Shown one piece after another: positions 11,383-20,726 of a stretch of DNA of 64,000 bases. The DNA lies in NCBI GenBank assembly GCA_026396715.1, contig JAPLWH010000006.1, positions 42,850 to 106,849 on the forward strand, written 5' to 3'. The notes beneath the pieces are model-generated. The model worked only from the letters and a program-made list of their open reading frames with translations, had not been told where the DNA came from and did not search any database. Each line of letters begins with the position of its first letter. Position 1 is the first letter of the stretch. The stretch is from Candidatus Kaiserbacteria bacterium (GTDB lineage Bacteria; Patescibacteriota; Minisyncoccia; Phycocordibacterales; Phycocordibacteraceae). The translations under genes were made by a program, and so were the position numbers.

Positions 11383-13176
11383 CTATCCAGCTGATTCCTC
11401 TTCATGAAAAAGCTCCCCGCCGAGAGTATCAATCTCCTCAAAAGGGATTTCTCCGGTCAGCGCCTTTACGATGGCATCCTCGCGCATCGTGAGCATGCCG
11501 CCTGCTCGCGCGACAGAGAATATTTTTTCCTCAACCGGATTGGTAAGGATTACCTCCTCAAGCTGCTTATTCATACGCAGCACTTCGAATACGCCGGTGC
11601 GACCGCGAGTGCCATTTGGGCATTCAGCCGTCGCGGTCGCATGATAAAATTCTTTAAACGGCGGCAGCGCGCGGCGATACTCCTCTGGCAGATCGGCAAA
11701 TTCTCGCTCGAGAGACAGCTTGATGCTGTTCGTGACCGGGATAGGCGTACCGCCGGGACAAAGCTTGCGGACTAGACGCTGCCCGATGACCGAGATCAGC
11801 GTCGGGGCGATGAGATACGGATCGACACCCATGTCGATGAGGCGCGGAATCGCCCCGGCGGCAGTATTAGTATGTATCGTGGAAAAAACGAGATGGCCGG
11901 TAAGCGCTGCCTGCACCGCGAGCACCGCGGTCTCTTTGTCGCGGATCTCACCCACCATGATGATATCCGGGTCCTGGCGCAGGATGGAGCGTAATCCGTT
12001 CGCGAACGTATATCCGATCTCAGGCCGCACCTGACTCTGTGACACATCAGCGATCTCGTACTCGACGGGATCCTCGAGCGAAACGACATTCGCTGTCTCA
12101 CGATCAAGCTCTGAAAGCATCGCATAGAGCGTCGTCGACTTACCTGAGCCGGTCGGCCCCGCGATAAGGATGATGCCGTACGGCACTTTCATCATGGCGC
12201 GGATATCGGCAAGATGCGCCTTACTAAACCCTCTCGATTCGAGAGTCGCTATCGCTTCTGACTTATCGAGAATACGCATCACGACCTTCTCGCCGTGTTC
12301 CGTCGGGAAGGTAGAGACGCGGAAATCGATCCGGCGGTTCTCAACCGTCGCCGAGAAACGGCCGTCCTGCGGCTTCCGCCGTTCATCGAGGCGCAATTTT
12401 GCAAGAATCTTGATGCGCGCGACAACAGCCTCATGCACCTTCAATGGCAATTTAAGCGATGTATGAAGATCGCCATCCATGCGGAATCGGACTCGAGTCT
12501 TCGTTGGCGTCGGTTCGATGTGCACGTCGGAAGAATGTCCCTCGATAGCGTACCGCAATATGGTCGAGACGATTTTCGTTACCGGTGCGTCTTCTTTCAA
12601 GGATTCGCTGGGGCCGGCCAAATCAAGCTCCTCTTCTCTATTAAGGGCGAGTGGTCCCTCCTTCGGCACAGAAGCGCCGGGTGCAGCAGACGCGTCGCGT
12701 GCGGGAGAAGTTGCGGTTGTCTCGTACTCGAAAAGAGCAGTACCCACTTCGCCCGAAAGATTCTTATACGCATCGAGCACGCGATCAAAATCATCTTTCG
12801 TAATAAGAAAAATCTTATACGGCATGCCGATCTGGCCCGAGATGAACTGCAACGCATCAAGCGCCTCTATATTATCCGGATCGGTAATGCCAACCTCGAG
12901 CGCACCCTCCGTGACGGCAAGCGGTACGAATCCATAATGACGGGCCGAGTCAATCGGAATGTAGCCGAACGCTTCATGCGATGCGGGAGGGTCGCCGAGA
13001 ATACGTGTCGGGAGGTCGTATGATTTTCCTACTTCCGCGATTGCATCAGAAATCGCCACTCCCTGCGCGGCGAGCGCCTCGGTAAGGGAGCGTTTCTTCG
13101 CCAGATCAGCCTCAACGCTCGCGCGGGCGCTTGCCGAGAGGAGTCCTTTATCGACGAGTAGTCCGAGAAGATTCAT
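11383..13176 (-). CDS. pilB: Type IV pilus assembly ATPase PilB (GspE family)
   Basis: 597 aa; N-terminal T2SSE_N-like domain, Walker A GPTGSGKSTTLYAM, tetracysteine-like motif region. Confidence 0.92.
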   Translation of the reverse strand: MNLLGLLVDKGLLSASARASVEADLAKKRSLTEALAAQGVAISDAIAEVGKSYDLPTRILGDPPASHEAFGYIPIDSARHYGFVPLAVTEGALEVGITDPDNIEALDALQFISGQIGMPYKIFLITKDDFDRVLDAYKNLSGEVGTALFEYETTATSPARDASAAPGASVPKEGPLALNREEELDLAGPSESLKEDAPVTKIVSTILRYAIEGHSSDVHIEPTPTKTRVRFRMDGDLHTSLKLPLKVHEAVVARIKILAKLRLDERRKPQDGRFSATVENRRIDFRVSTFPTEHGEKVVMRILDKSEAIATLESRGFSKAHLADIRAMMKVPYGIILIAGPTGSGKSTTLYAMLSELDRETANVVSLEDPVEYEIADVSQSQVRPEIGYTFANGLRSILRQDPDIIMVGEIRDKETAVLAVQAALTGHLVFSTIHTNTAAGAIPRLIDMGVDPYLIAPTLISVIGQRLVRKLCPGGTPIPVTNSIKLSLEREFADLPEEYRRALPPFKEFYHATATAECPNGTRGRTGVFEVLRMNKQLEEVILTNPVEEKIFSVARAGGMLTMREDAIVKALTGEIPFEEIDTLGGELFHEEESAG

Positions 13177-13304
13177 CCCGTTAGAAGCCGGCCACGATTA
13201 CGCGGCTTGCTCTGTGAGCGCACGACAGATGTATTTCGTATGTGTTCATGCTTCGTCTATTATTCTACTACACAGTGCGTACAGTCTCTAACAGGATTCA
13301 CTAC

Positions 13305-13595
13305 TTATTTTCCACCGATGCCCTGGATCGGGGCGAACGGATCGATACGACCGACTGATTCGGGAGAAATCTGCGTCGTGAGATCGACCAACGAATTAAA
13401 TCGTGCATCCGACAAAATACCGGTATTAAACGAGGTAGGAAGTCTGAGGATGAGTGCTCGGAATCGCACTTGCGCAGGATTCTCTGTCGTATTCGCGGTC
13501 AAAGGTAGCTCGTTCCCGGTATCGGTAAAGAAGTACCAATACGCGCCGGCCGCAAGAATGAGTGCGATAGTGATGAGTGTGATGTTTTGTTTCAT
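13305..13595 (-). CDS. Small membrane protein in pilus operon (possible PilP-like)
   Basis: 96 aa; N-terminal TM (ITLITIALILAAGAYWYFF); position downstream of PilO-like gene. Confidence 0.35.
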   Translation of the reverse strand: MKQNITLITIALILAAGAYWYFFTDTGNELPLTANTTENPAQVRFRALILRLPTSFNTGILSDARFNSLVDLTTQISPESVGRIDPFAPIQGIGGK

Positions 13596-13621
13596 AGGTC
13601 AAAAAATAGGACGTTCGAACG

Positions 13622-14188
13622 TTATCGGAGCCAGAAGAGGCGCAGCTTCATCTGATACGTATAGACACTCGTGTCGGACCCTTTTACGACGATATCCTGA
13701 ACGTCGAGAATACGCTGACTCTTCTCTATTCCAGTCAAGAACGTTTGCAGTGCTGCATACGTACCGACCGCGGAGAGCGAGAGGTCGATCGAACCAACCG
13801 GATTTGCATGTCCGATCGGCACTGCGCCAGACGCGAGAGCGCTTGCCGATTCCGCAGTAATATTCGTCGTAACGTCGATATTCGAAAGAGAGAGGCCTGA
13901 ACGCGACGCAAGCGCCGTAAGATCAAGGATAAGACCGACGTTATCGACCGAATCGGGCAAGAAGACGTTCAACCGAGCAAGACTTGCAGAATCGATAGTA
14001 TTAAGCGCGGACGCGAGTGTGTTCTGTTGTACCGCGTATGAATTCGCCGCAGCGAGCGCCTGATCGTTTGCGATAATAGCAGCTTTAGTCTCGGCTATCG
14101 TACCGGACCAGGCCGGCTGCACATAGGCGAAAAAGATGCCGAGAGCAACGAGGAAGGCGGTAAGCGGTAAGATGCGGTTACTTATCAT
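13622..14188 (-). CDS. PilO-like type IV pilus inner-membrane component
   Basis: 188 aa; single N-terminal TM, coiled-coil then periplasmic domain; operon context between PilN-like and PilB. Confidence 0.5.
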   Translation of the reverse strand: MISNRILPLTAFLVALGIFFAYVQPAWSGTIAETKAAIIANDQALAAANSYAVQQNTLASALNTIDSASLARLNVFLPDSVDNVGLILDLTALASRSGLSLSNIDVTTNITAESASALASGAVPIGHANPVGSIDLSLSAVGTYAALQTFLTGIEKSQRILDVQDIVVKGSDTSVYTYQMKLRLFWLR

Positions 14189-14835
14189 AATGGTGGCATG
14201 GTCGTAGATTCTTCAGGCACACTTGGTGTAAAAGCCTCCGATGAAAAAGCGATGAGTTTTGTATCGAGAGTTGCCGTAAGCGTAAAAGAAACCGAACCGT
14301 CTTTCGAATTTACCGCGATGCCTGAAAAGATAGCGTCCTTTATGCGGCCATCGGCGGCGAATGCAGTAGAAGCGGCAGCGAGCGCATTGAAGCTCTTTGC
14401 AATACCCGAGCCGTCGAGTTTTGCTCCCCCGAGCTCATTGAGTGTGAGATGCATCGAGGTAAAACGGACGGCTGAAGGCAGCAATGTCTCGATGAGCGAG
14501 AAGAAGTGTGAAAATGCGTCATGATTTGCAAGAAGGTCGGTACCTGAATTAAGGCGATCGCGCACCCGAATGAAATTCTCGACGGTTGCCGGATCAATCG
14601 CCGCTTCAGCCTTCATAAGCGCGACGTCCCGGGCGGCCTGACTACTCGCGAGAATGCGACCATAAAAAAATACTCCGATTGCAAGAAGCAACATGACCCC
14701 CAGCATCATGTACCCGAGAGAACCGAAGATGACGGAAAAATCGACGCGGAACCTGCGCGTGACCTCACCCATCGAGTGAGGAACAAATGATGTTGGTATC
14801 GTTGGGGGGAGCATTTCGTTTTTAGTATACGACAC
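14185..14835 (-). CDS. PilN-like type IV pilus inner-membrane component
   Basis: 216 aa; cytoplasmic N-terminus, one TM (YMMLGVMLLLAIGVFFYG), periplasmic remainder; 4-nt overlap with PilO-like. Confidence 0.5.
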   Translation of the reverse strand: MSYTKNEMLPPTIPTSFVPHSMGEVTRRFRVDFSVIFGSLGYMMLGVMLLLAIGVFFYGRILASSQAARDVALMKAEAAIDPATVENFIRVRDRLNSGTDLLANHDAFSHFFSLIETLLPSAVRFTSMHLTLNELGGAKLDGSGIAKSFNALAAASTAFAADGRIKDAIFSGIAVNSKDGSVSFTLTATLDTKLIAFSSEAFTPSVPEESTTMPPL

Positions 14836-14873
14836 TTATGCAAGCCTTGTGCACGGCATCTGTGCAAAACAAA

Positions 14874-15968
14874 CTATAGCTCATCAAGTTTCCGTAACGC
14901 GAGACCGACCGCGACCGCAAACTCGGGACCGATCTCCTCAAGGACCGGACGCATGAACGCCGGAGCTTCAGTTTTCCTAAAAGGATCTGCAACGTGTACA
15001 TCGATCGAGAAAAGGCGTTTCGCATACTCATCAAGCTCCTTCGTAACGCCGCCACCGCCAGTAAAGATGATTGAGGTGATCGATTTCTTGTGTGCTGTCT
15101 CATACTGTATGAGGACACGTCGCACTTCAGAAAAGATGCGCGAAAAGACGATTTCGGGAGCATGGGCGCCACCGTCTCCGAGACCCTCCTTCTTCTTCAG
15201 CTCTTCAGCAGCAGTAATAGAAATGCTGCCGGAAATCGCGATGGCGCGCGTAATATCCTGACTGCCTATAGCGATCGCGTGCGACAGCGCCACGACCCCA
15301 TGCTCGATGACGTAGACTTTTGTGGACGCAGCGCCGACATCAATTACCATGACCGGCTTTACCGGATCATCGACCACGGCACGGATGGTACTGAAGATCT
15401 CAATCTCGTAAAAACTCGCCGAAAGTCCCGCACCCACAACAACATTCTGAAGCATCGTCAGTTCATCATTATGGACTGCGACCAAGAGCACCTCGATACT
15501 CCCCTTCCGGGGTTCCTCTTGCGAATCCTCTGCGCCAAATTGGGCTTGATCCGCCGCAGGTACGACGAACCAGTCGAGCTGCACCTCGCTTATCGGCACA
15601 GGAATATATTTGCGCGCCTCGAGTTCAATGACCGTTTTCTGTTCTTGCGGGTCAGCGCGGTAGGGCAACTCGACGAGCGTGAGCAGCGAGCGAGCGAACG
15701 GTATCGATACGCCGCAGCTTGTCGTCGTTACTTTCGCCTCACGCAAGAGATCTTTGAGAGACTCGATAATCTGCTCGGAGGAAAGATTTGTCGCCTGTCC
15801 GGCATCGGCACCACCATATTGACCGAGCGAAAGCTCGCCGTAGGTCTCAAGAATCGCCTGTCCGTGTTCCTTGCGCAGCTGCACAATCTTTAAGGACGAT
15901 GAGCCGAAGTCGACGCCGAGTACGCTCTGTTCTTTCTTCTTCGAAAAGAATGATTCGAGGAATGACAT
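14874..15968 (-). CDS. pilM: Type IV pilus assembly protein PilM (actin-like ATPase)
   Basis: Start at MSFLESFFSKKKEQSVLGVDFGSSSLKIV; FtsA/actin-like fold motifs (DIGAASTKV); ORF-track N-terminal extension rejected. Confidence 0.8.
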   Translation of the reverse strand: MSFLESFFSKKKEQSVLGVDFGSSSLKIVQLRKEHGQAILETYGELSLGQYGGADAGQATNLSSEQIIESLKDLLREAKVTTTSCGVSIPFARSLLTLVELPYRADPQEQKTVIELEARKYIPVPISEVQLDWFVVPAADQAQFGAEDSQEEPRKGSIEVLLVAVHNDELTMLQNVVVGAGLSASFYEIEIFSTIRAVVDDPVKPVMVIDVGAASTKVYVIEHGVVALSHAIAIGSQDITRAIAISGSISITAAEELKKKEGLGDGGAHAPEIVFSRIFSEVRRVLIQYETAHKKSITSIIFTGGGGVTKELDEYAKRLFSIDVHVADPFRKTEAPAFMRPVLEEIGPEFAVAVGLALRKLDEL

Positions 15969-15982
15969 GCGATAATAGTACC

Positions 15983-16600
15983 ATGATGCCGCTACGGCAC
16001 TGGCTTGATTTCCTCTTTCCTCCTCGCGAGGATGAACGAACGCTGCGAGACATTTCCACCGACGATTTCCTCGCACTCGTAACGCCGCGGCTCGTACCCA
16101 TCACGCGACCAGAAACAGTCAGACTCTTCCCTTTCAATAACGCTTCCGTGCGCGCGGCGGTTCATGAGGCGAAATACCATGGTAGTGAACGCGCTTTTGC
16201 ACTCCTTACCGCTGCACTCAACGACTACCTGTGCGATGCTGATGATGGATTTACGAAACCCATCATCGTGCCGATACCGCTCGGGAAAGGTCGGTACCAG
16301 GAACGCGGATTCAATCAGGCAGAAGAGGTTGCGCGTCGCGTCGCGAACGAGCTCGGCATCGCGGTCGATTCCGCACTTCTCATACGCACGCGTGAGACCG
16401 CTTCACAAGTCTCGCTTCCCCGCTCAAAACGGGAAGAAAACATGCGCGGCGCGTTCAGGGCAACGCGCCGCGCCAATCCCGCGTACCTATATATAGTCAT
16501 CGACGATGTCCTCACCACCGGCGCCACCCTCCAAGCCGCCATCGACGCCTTACGGGAAGCGGGCGCCGAGCACATCCTCCCACTCGCCCTCGCCCATTAA
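15983..16600 (+). CDS. comFC: ComF family competence protein (phosphoribosyltransferase domain, ComFC-like)
   Basis: Start at MMPLRHWLDFLFPPRE; C-terminal PRTase motif YIVIDDVLTTGATL; divergent from pilM with 14 nt between start codons. Confidence 0.75.
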   Translation: MMPLRHWLDFLFPPREDERTLRDISTDDFLALVTPRLVPITRPETVRLFPFNNASVRAAVHEAKYHGSERAFALLTAALNDYLCDADDGFTKPIIVPIPLGKGRYQERGFNQAEEVARRVANELGIAVDSALLIRTRETASQVSLPRSKREENMRGAFRATRRANPAYLYIVIDDVLTTGATLQAAIDALREAGAEHILPLALAH

Positions 16601-16605
16601 GTTTC

Positions 16606-16630
16606 AACCGCCCAGAAATTCTGGGCGGTT
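16606..16630. terminator. Bidirectional hairpin terminator between convergent comFC and hypothetical gene
   Basis: aaccgcccagaa/ttctgggcggtt inverted repeat. Confidence 0.6.
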
Positions 16631-16640
16631 GTCTGCAAGA

Positions 16641-16949
16641 TCAAGAAAAGCAAGTCTGATTATGCGTCATCAATTCCTCAAGTGTGTACCACCCGGCAAA
16701 ACTTAAACACATCTGTATAGCGGAAAGATGGTTACCGGTCTTGCGCTGTTTCCCCGAAAGTTTCGCATATTCTTTCACCCCGTCACAAAGGAAGTGTGCG
16801 TGCGCGAGCCTTTCCTTCTTACTCAATGAGGCAAACGTGCGTTTCGGATCCATCCGAACTTTCGAAATGCCTTCTTTGCGCAGGCGTTCCTCGTACATCT
16901 CAATAAGAGCGGTAATCCTCTCTTTGGGCGTCGACTCCTTTTCGGCCAT
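16641..16949 (-). CDS. Hypothetical protein
   Basis: 102-aa ORF with plausible Lys/Glu-rich sequence; no recognisable motif. Confidence 0.35.
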   Translation of the reverse strand: MAEKESTPKERITALIEMYEERLRKEGISKVRMDPKRTFASLSKKERLAHAHFLCDGVKEYAKLSGKQRKTGNHLSAIQMCLSFAGWYTLEELMTHNQTCFS

Positions 16950-17070
16950 TACGGCCTCCTTTCATAAAAGGGTTTGCGTCTGCCGAGACCCTACCATGCC
17001 CGCGTACACAAACAAAATAGGCGTCCAGAACTCGCTCTCTTTCGCTAAATTTGGTACTGTGGCGGAATAC

Positions 17071-17161
17071 GGAGGGGTCGCATAGAGGCCTAGTGCGGCG
17101 GGTTGCTAACTCGCTATACGAGTAAAATCGTATCGAGGGTTCGAATCCCTCCCCCTCCGCA
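17071..17161 (+). tRNA. tRNA-Ser (anticodon GCU), long variable arm
   Basis: Acceptor GGAGGGG/CCCCTCC, anticodon stem GCGGG/CTCGC with loop TTGCTAA, long variable arm, T-arm GAGGGTTCGAATCCCTC. Confidence 0.8.
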
Positions 17162-17170
17162 AAATAACAA

Positions 17171-17192
17171 GCCGAGAGCATTAGCTCTCGGC
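17171..17192 (+). terminator. Hairpin immediately downstream of tRNA-Ser
   Basis: gccgagagc atta gctctcggc perfect 9-bp stem. Confidence 0.5.
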
Positions 17193-17205
17193 GACTATAT
17201 TTTGC

Positions 17206-17352
17206 GAGAATGGGGAGGGATTCGAAGAGACGGAGCGGGGTACCCGTTCAGCAGAACGGGTCGCGAGTCGCGGACACGACCAAAAGCGAGCGACGGCGAG
17301 CTTTTGAGTTGCGGACGAAAAGCGTACTCGCGGTCCCTCCCTTCTCTTCGAG
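17206..17352. repeat. tRNA-Ser 3'-end derived inverted/direct repeat segment
   Basis: 17213-17227 ggggagggattcgaa is the exact reverse complement of tRNA 17140-17154 ttcgaatccctcccc; tccctccc and ttcgaa pieces recur at 17337-17352. Confidence 0.5.
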
Positions 17353-17404
17353 CAAAAACCGCCACCCCTCAGGGCGGCGGTTTTTGCTCGCATACTAAAG
17401 CTGT

Positions 17405-18037
17405 TTACGCAGGTACCTCCGACGCGATCTGCCGCACTTCTTTCCCTGTCATGCGACCCTCCTTATCTACGCCGTAGATGACGATCGATCCGAACAGCAT
17501 CTCGATATTCTTCACGTCCTCCGGCGCGATGGTCTCGATATACGCCATAAGCGCACGGAGCGAATTGCCGTGCGCGACGACCAATACATTCTTCCCAGCT
17601 ACGAGCAGCGGAAGGATCGCCTTCTGATAGAACGGAATGACGCGTTCATACACCATTTTCAGCGTCTCACCATTCGGGACAGGACAATCCCACTCTCGCC
17701 GCACGCGTTCAAACTCCTCGTCTCCGATAAGTTTCTTCATATCCCATTTATTCTTCCCCGTATAGTCGCCGTAATCGCGCTCATTGAGTTCGCGCGCATG
17801 CTCAACCGGCACGTCGTGCAGTTCAAGCGCCATGAGCATGCACGCCAGTGTCTCAATGGTCCGCACCTGCATCGAAGAAAACGCTGTGTCGATAGAGATG
17901 CCCTGTATCGCATGCCCCATATCCGCTGATTTTTGAAACCCGTACGGCGTGAGCGGCACATTGCGCGTGCCGGTCCACAAACCTTTCTTATTCCATTCCG
18001 ACTCGTGATGCCGAGCGATAAGAAGTTTCCCCGCCAT
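17405..18037 (-). CDS. gpmA: Histidine phosphatase family phosphoglycerate mutase (2,3-BPG-dependent type)
   Basis: Start MAGKLLIARHHESEWN (RHGE motif), ...HGNSLRAL; ORF-track extension rejected. Confidence 0.8.
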   Translation of the reverse strand: MAGKLLIARHHESEWNKKGLWTGTRNVPLTPYGFQKSADMGHAIQGISIDTAFSSMQVRTIETLACMLMALELHDVPVEHARELNERDYGDYTGKNKWDMKKLIGDEEFERVRREWDCPVPNGETLKMVYERVIPFYQKAILPLLVAGKNVLVVAHGNSLRALMAYIETIAPEDVKNIEMLFGSIVIYGVDKEGRMTGKEVRQIASEVPA

Positions 18038-18038
18038 A

Positions 18039-19283
18039 TTATGCAGCCGCCAGACGATCTTCAATCTCAATCAGACGATCATACTTCACGACGCGCTCAG
18101 AATTTGTTGGTGCACCTGCTTTTATGTAGCCGCAGGAAAGACCAGCAGCGAAGTCTGAGATGAATGTATCCATCGTTTCGCCCGAACGGTGCGATGCGAA
18201 TGCTTTCCAGCCCGCGGCCTGTACGGCGCGCACGGCAGCAACACTCTCGCTAATCGTCCCAATCTGATTCGGCTTGATGATGCAGGCATTTGCCGCGCGC
18301 TGCGCGACCGCCATACTGATGCGCTCGACATTGGTTACCGTAAGGTCATCGCCGACAATGCTGAGGGTCCCGCCGAGTTTTCCCGTAAGCGCCGTAAACC
18401 CTTCCCAGTCATCCTCCGCAAGACCATCTTCGATCGAGATGAGCGGATACTTCTCCGCAAGGCCGACATACCACTCGATCATCTGAGCACTGTCGAGCTG
18501 GCGCTCGCCACCAGACCGAAGTACGTACCTCCTTTCTTCATAAAAACTACTCGAAGCGACATCGAGCGCGATTTTCACTTGCTCGGTCGAGTATCCCGCT
18601 TTTCCTATAGCAATGACGAGCAGGCCAAGAGCTTCATCATTCGTCTCGAGCGCGGGTGCGAACCCGCCTTCATCCCCCAACGAAGTGCTGCAACCCTTCT
18701 CTTCAAGAAGAGTCTTCAGTTCCGCCATACACTTCTTCGCAGCTTCAACTTGCTCACGCATACTCTTGAAACCGACGGGCGCGAGCATGCACTCTTGAAT
18801 GTCGATACCCTTCTGCGCATGCTTGCCACCATTGATGATATTGAAGAGTGGCATCGGAAGCGAAAAAGCGGTCCGCCCATCGAGCGAGCCGAGATACTCA
18901 TACAGCTCAATTCCCTGTTCCTGCGCCGCTGCGCGCGCAAAGGCAATCGAGATGCCGAGGATGGCATTGGCACCGAGACGACTCTTGTTCTTCGTACCAT
19001 CGAGCTCGCATAAAAAGGCGTCGAGACTCTGTTGTGTAAACTCTTTGCCGATAATTGCTGCCGCTATCTCTGCATGAATCTGCTCGATTGCCTTAGAAAC
19101 GCCGCGCGGATTTGTCGCGCCCGCACCGTCGCGCAACTCGACCGCCTCATGCGCGCCGACACTCGCTCCTGAAGGAACCGAGGCGACACCCTGTGCATTT
19201 TCAGTCTCAAGTACGACCTCAATCGTCGGTGTACCTCGCGAATCCAGCACCTCCCTACCCATCACTGCTTTTATTTTTATCAT
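18039..19283 (-). CDS. eno: Enolase
   Basis: 414 aa; MIKIKAVMGREVLDSRGTPTIEV..., canonical enolase motifs. Confidence 0.96.
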   Translation of the reverse strand: MIKIKAVMGREVLDSRGTPTIEVVLETENAQGVASVPSGASVGAHEAVELRDGAGATNPRGVSKAIEQIHAEIAAAIIGKEFTQQSLDAFLCELDGTKNKSRLGANAILGISIAFARAAAQEQGIELYEYLGSLDGRTAFSLPMPLFNIINGGKHAQKGIDIQECMLAPVGFKSMREQVEAAKKCMAELKTLLEEKGCSTSLGDEGGFAPALETNDEALGLLVIAIGKAGYSTEQVKIALDVASSSFYEERRYVLRSGGERQLDSAQMIEWYVGLAEKYPLISIEDGLAEDDWEGFTALTGKLGGTLSIVGDDLTVTNVERISMAVAQRAANACIIKPNQIGTISESVAAVRAVQAAGWKAFASHRSGETMDTFISDFAAGLSCGYIKAGAPTNSERVVKYDRLIEIEDRLAAA

Positions 19284-19391
19284 TTTAAATCAATATATGC
19301 ATAACGAATCCCGCCACTATAGCATCTCCGAAGAAACTAGATAAAAAGAAACGCCGACTTTCGCCGGCGGTTCTTTTTATCTAATGCACTA

Positions 19392-19628
19392 TTACATCCC
19401 TGCCCCTTCGGTAGCGCAATACCGACAATCATTCTTGTGAGTGAATACGAGCAGGATCGCCGAAACGCCGACGAGCAGGTAGACGAGTATCTCAACCGCC
19501 GGCCACGAGCCGAGGATGAGGTTCACGATGTTCCAGCTGCCGCCCAAGTACGATCCGAGCGCGATGAGACCCCAATTGAGGCCACCGACGATGACGAGGA
19601 CGAACGCTATGCTGTGCAGTACTTTCAT
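19392..19628 (-). CDS. DUF378-family small membrane protein
   Basis: 78 aa; IAFVLVIVGGLNWGLIALG motif typical of DUF378. Confidence 0.6.
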   Translation of the reverse strand: MKVLHSIAFVLVIVGGLNWGLIALGSYLGGSWNIVNLILGSWPAVEILVYLLVGVSAILLVFTHKNDCRYCATEGAGM

Positions 19629-19746
19629 ACGAGTGAAAAATGATTAAAGCGGTGCTTTGTGGTATCCGCTTCTTATAGTATGACCCTTTCTGAACGGATA
19701 AGGGGCGACCAAACGGCCCCCTGTGCAAAACGCAGAACATCTTACT

Positions 19747-19919
19747 TAGAGCGCTCCCGTCGCTTTTGCGATCTTAAAACCGACCCAAATGCCGACAAGG
19801 CCGCCGATAGCGCCCCAAAACGTGTACGCCATGAGCCCTCCATCCCAAAAAGCGGGCAGATAGCCACCGACGCTCGAACCGATGAACATACCTCCCCAAA
19901 TAAGACTTTTACTGCTCAT
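19747..19919 (-). CDS. Small (57 aa) membrane protein, translationally coupled to ABC ATPase
   Basis: MSSKSLIWGGMFIGSSVGGYLPAFWDGGLMAYTFWGAIGGLVGIWVGFKIAKATGAL; ATG overlaps ABC ATPase TGA stop; below ORF-track size cut-off. Confidence 0.4.
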
Positions 19920-20590
19920 AGCCGAGAATCCGAAACAATCCTTCCGTCATCGAGCTTGATGATGCGTTCAGCAAACTGCGCAAACTCGTCTTCATGCGTC
20001 ACCATGATGATCGTCTGCCCGCCCTCATGCAGCTCCTTAAAGATGTTCATTACGGTCGCGGAAGATTCTTTGTCGAGGTTCGCGGTCGGCTCGTCAGCGA
20101 AGAGCACGCCCGGCAAGTGTGCGATGGCGCGCGAGATGGAGACGCGCTGCTGCTCGCCGCCCGAAAGCTGACTCGGCAGATTATCGAGCCGCTTCCCGAG
20201 ACCGACGCGCTCAAGCGCCGTTGCCGCCTTTGCGTCTGCGGCGGTACGCGAAGCGCCCTGCATGTACAGCGGCAAGGCGACATTCTCAAGCGCCGTAAGC
20301 TCCGGCAGAAGCGCATAATCCTGGAAGACGTAACCGAATTCAGTGAGTCGGAACAGCATCTTCTCATGTTCACTCATCGAGTGTGTCTCTTTGCCATTGA
20401 TGAAAATTTCACCCGACGTCGGTTCATCAAGAAGCGAAATCTGATACAGGAGCGTACTCTTCCCTGCTCCTGAACGACCCATGATTGCGATGAACTCGCC
20501 GCTCTTCGCGGTAAAGTCGATGTCTTTCAACACTCGCGTTTCAAGCGGTCCGTCTTTAAATGTTTTTACGAGATTTTTTACTTCGATCAT
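19916..20590 (-). CDS. ABC transporter ATP-binding protein (MacB/LolD/FtsE-like)
   Basis: Walker A GRSGAGKST, signature LSGGEQQRV, Walker B LFADEPT. Confidence 0.92.
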   Translation of the reverse strand: MIEVKNLVKTFKDGPLETRVLKDIDFTAKSGEFIAIMGRSGAGKSTLLYQISLLDEPTSGEIFINGKETHSMSEHEKMLFRLTEFGYVFQDYALLPELTALENVALPLYMQGASRTAADAKAATALERVGLGKRLDNLPSQLSGGEQQRVSISRAIAHLPGVLFADEPTANLDKESSATVMNIFKELHEGGQTIIMVTHEDEFAQFAERIIKLDDGRIVSDSRL

Positions 20591-20726
20591 ACTAATGTGC
20601 GAATGTGTTCAAAAATCGCTCAGATGCAAGGCGCGAGTGAGGCGCGAACCGAGCCATAGTGAGACCTATGGTAAGGAAGCACCGGAGCGAGCAACGAAGC
20701 AGATGAGGATTTTGGGACATATTCAT

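Noticed and set aside
12295-13023. 242-aa plus-strand ORF
   Set aside because: Antisense to pilB
16900-17181. 93-aa minus-strand ORF
   Set aside because: Overlaps the tRNA-Ser gene
17206-17345. Possible second tRNA on minus strand (acceptor-like GGAGGGA…TCCCTCC ends)
   Set aside because: No T-stem or anticodon arm can be formed; 140 nt is too long; interpreted as tRNA-derived repeats instead
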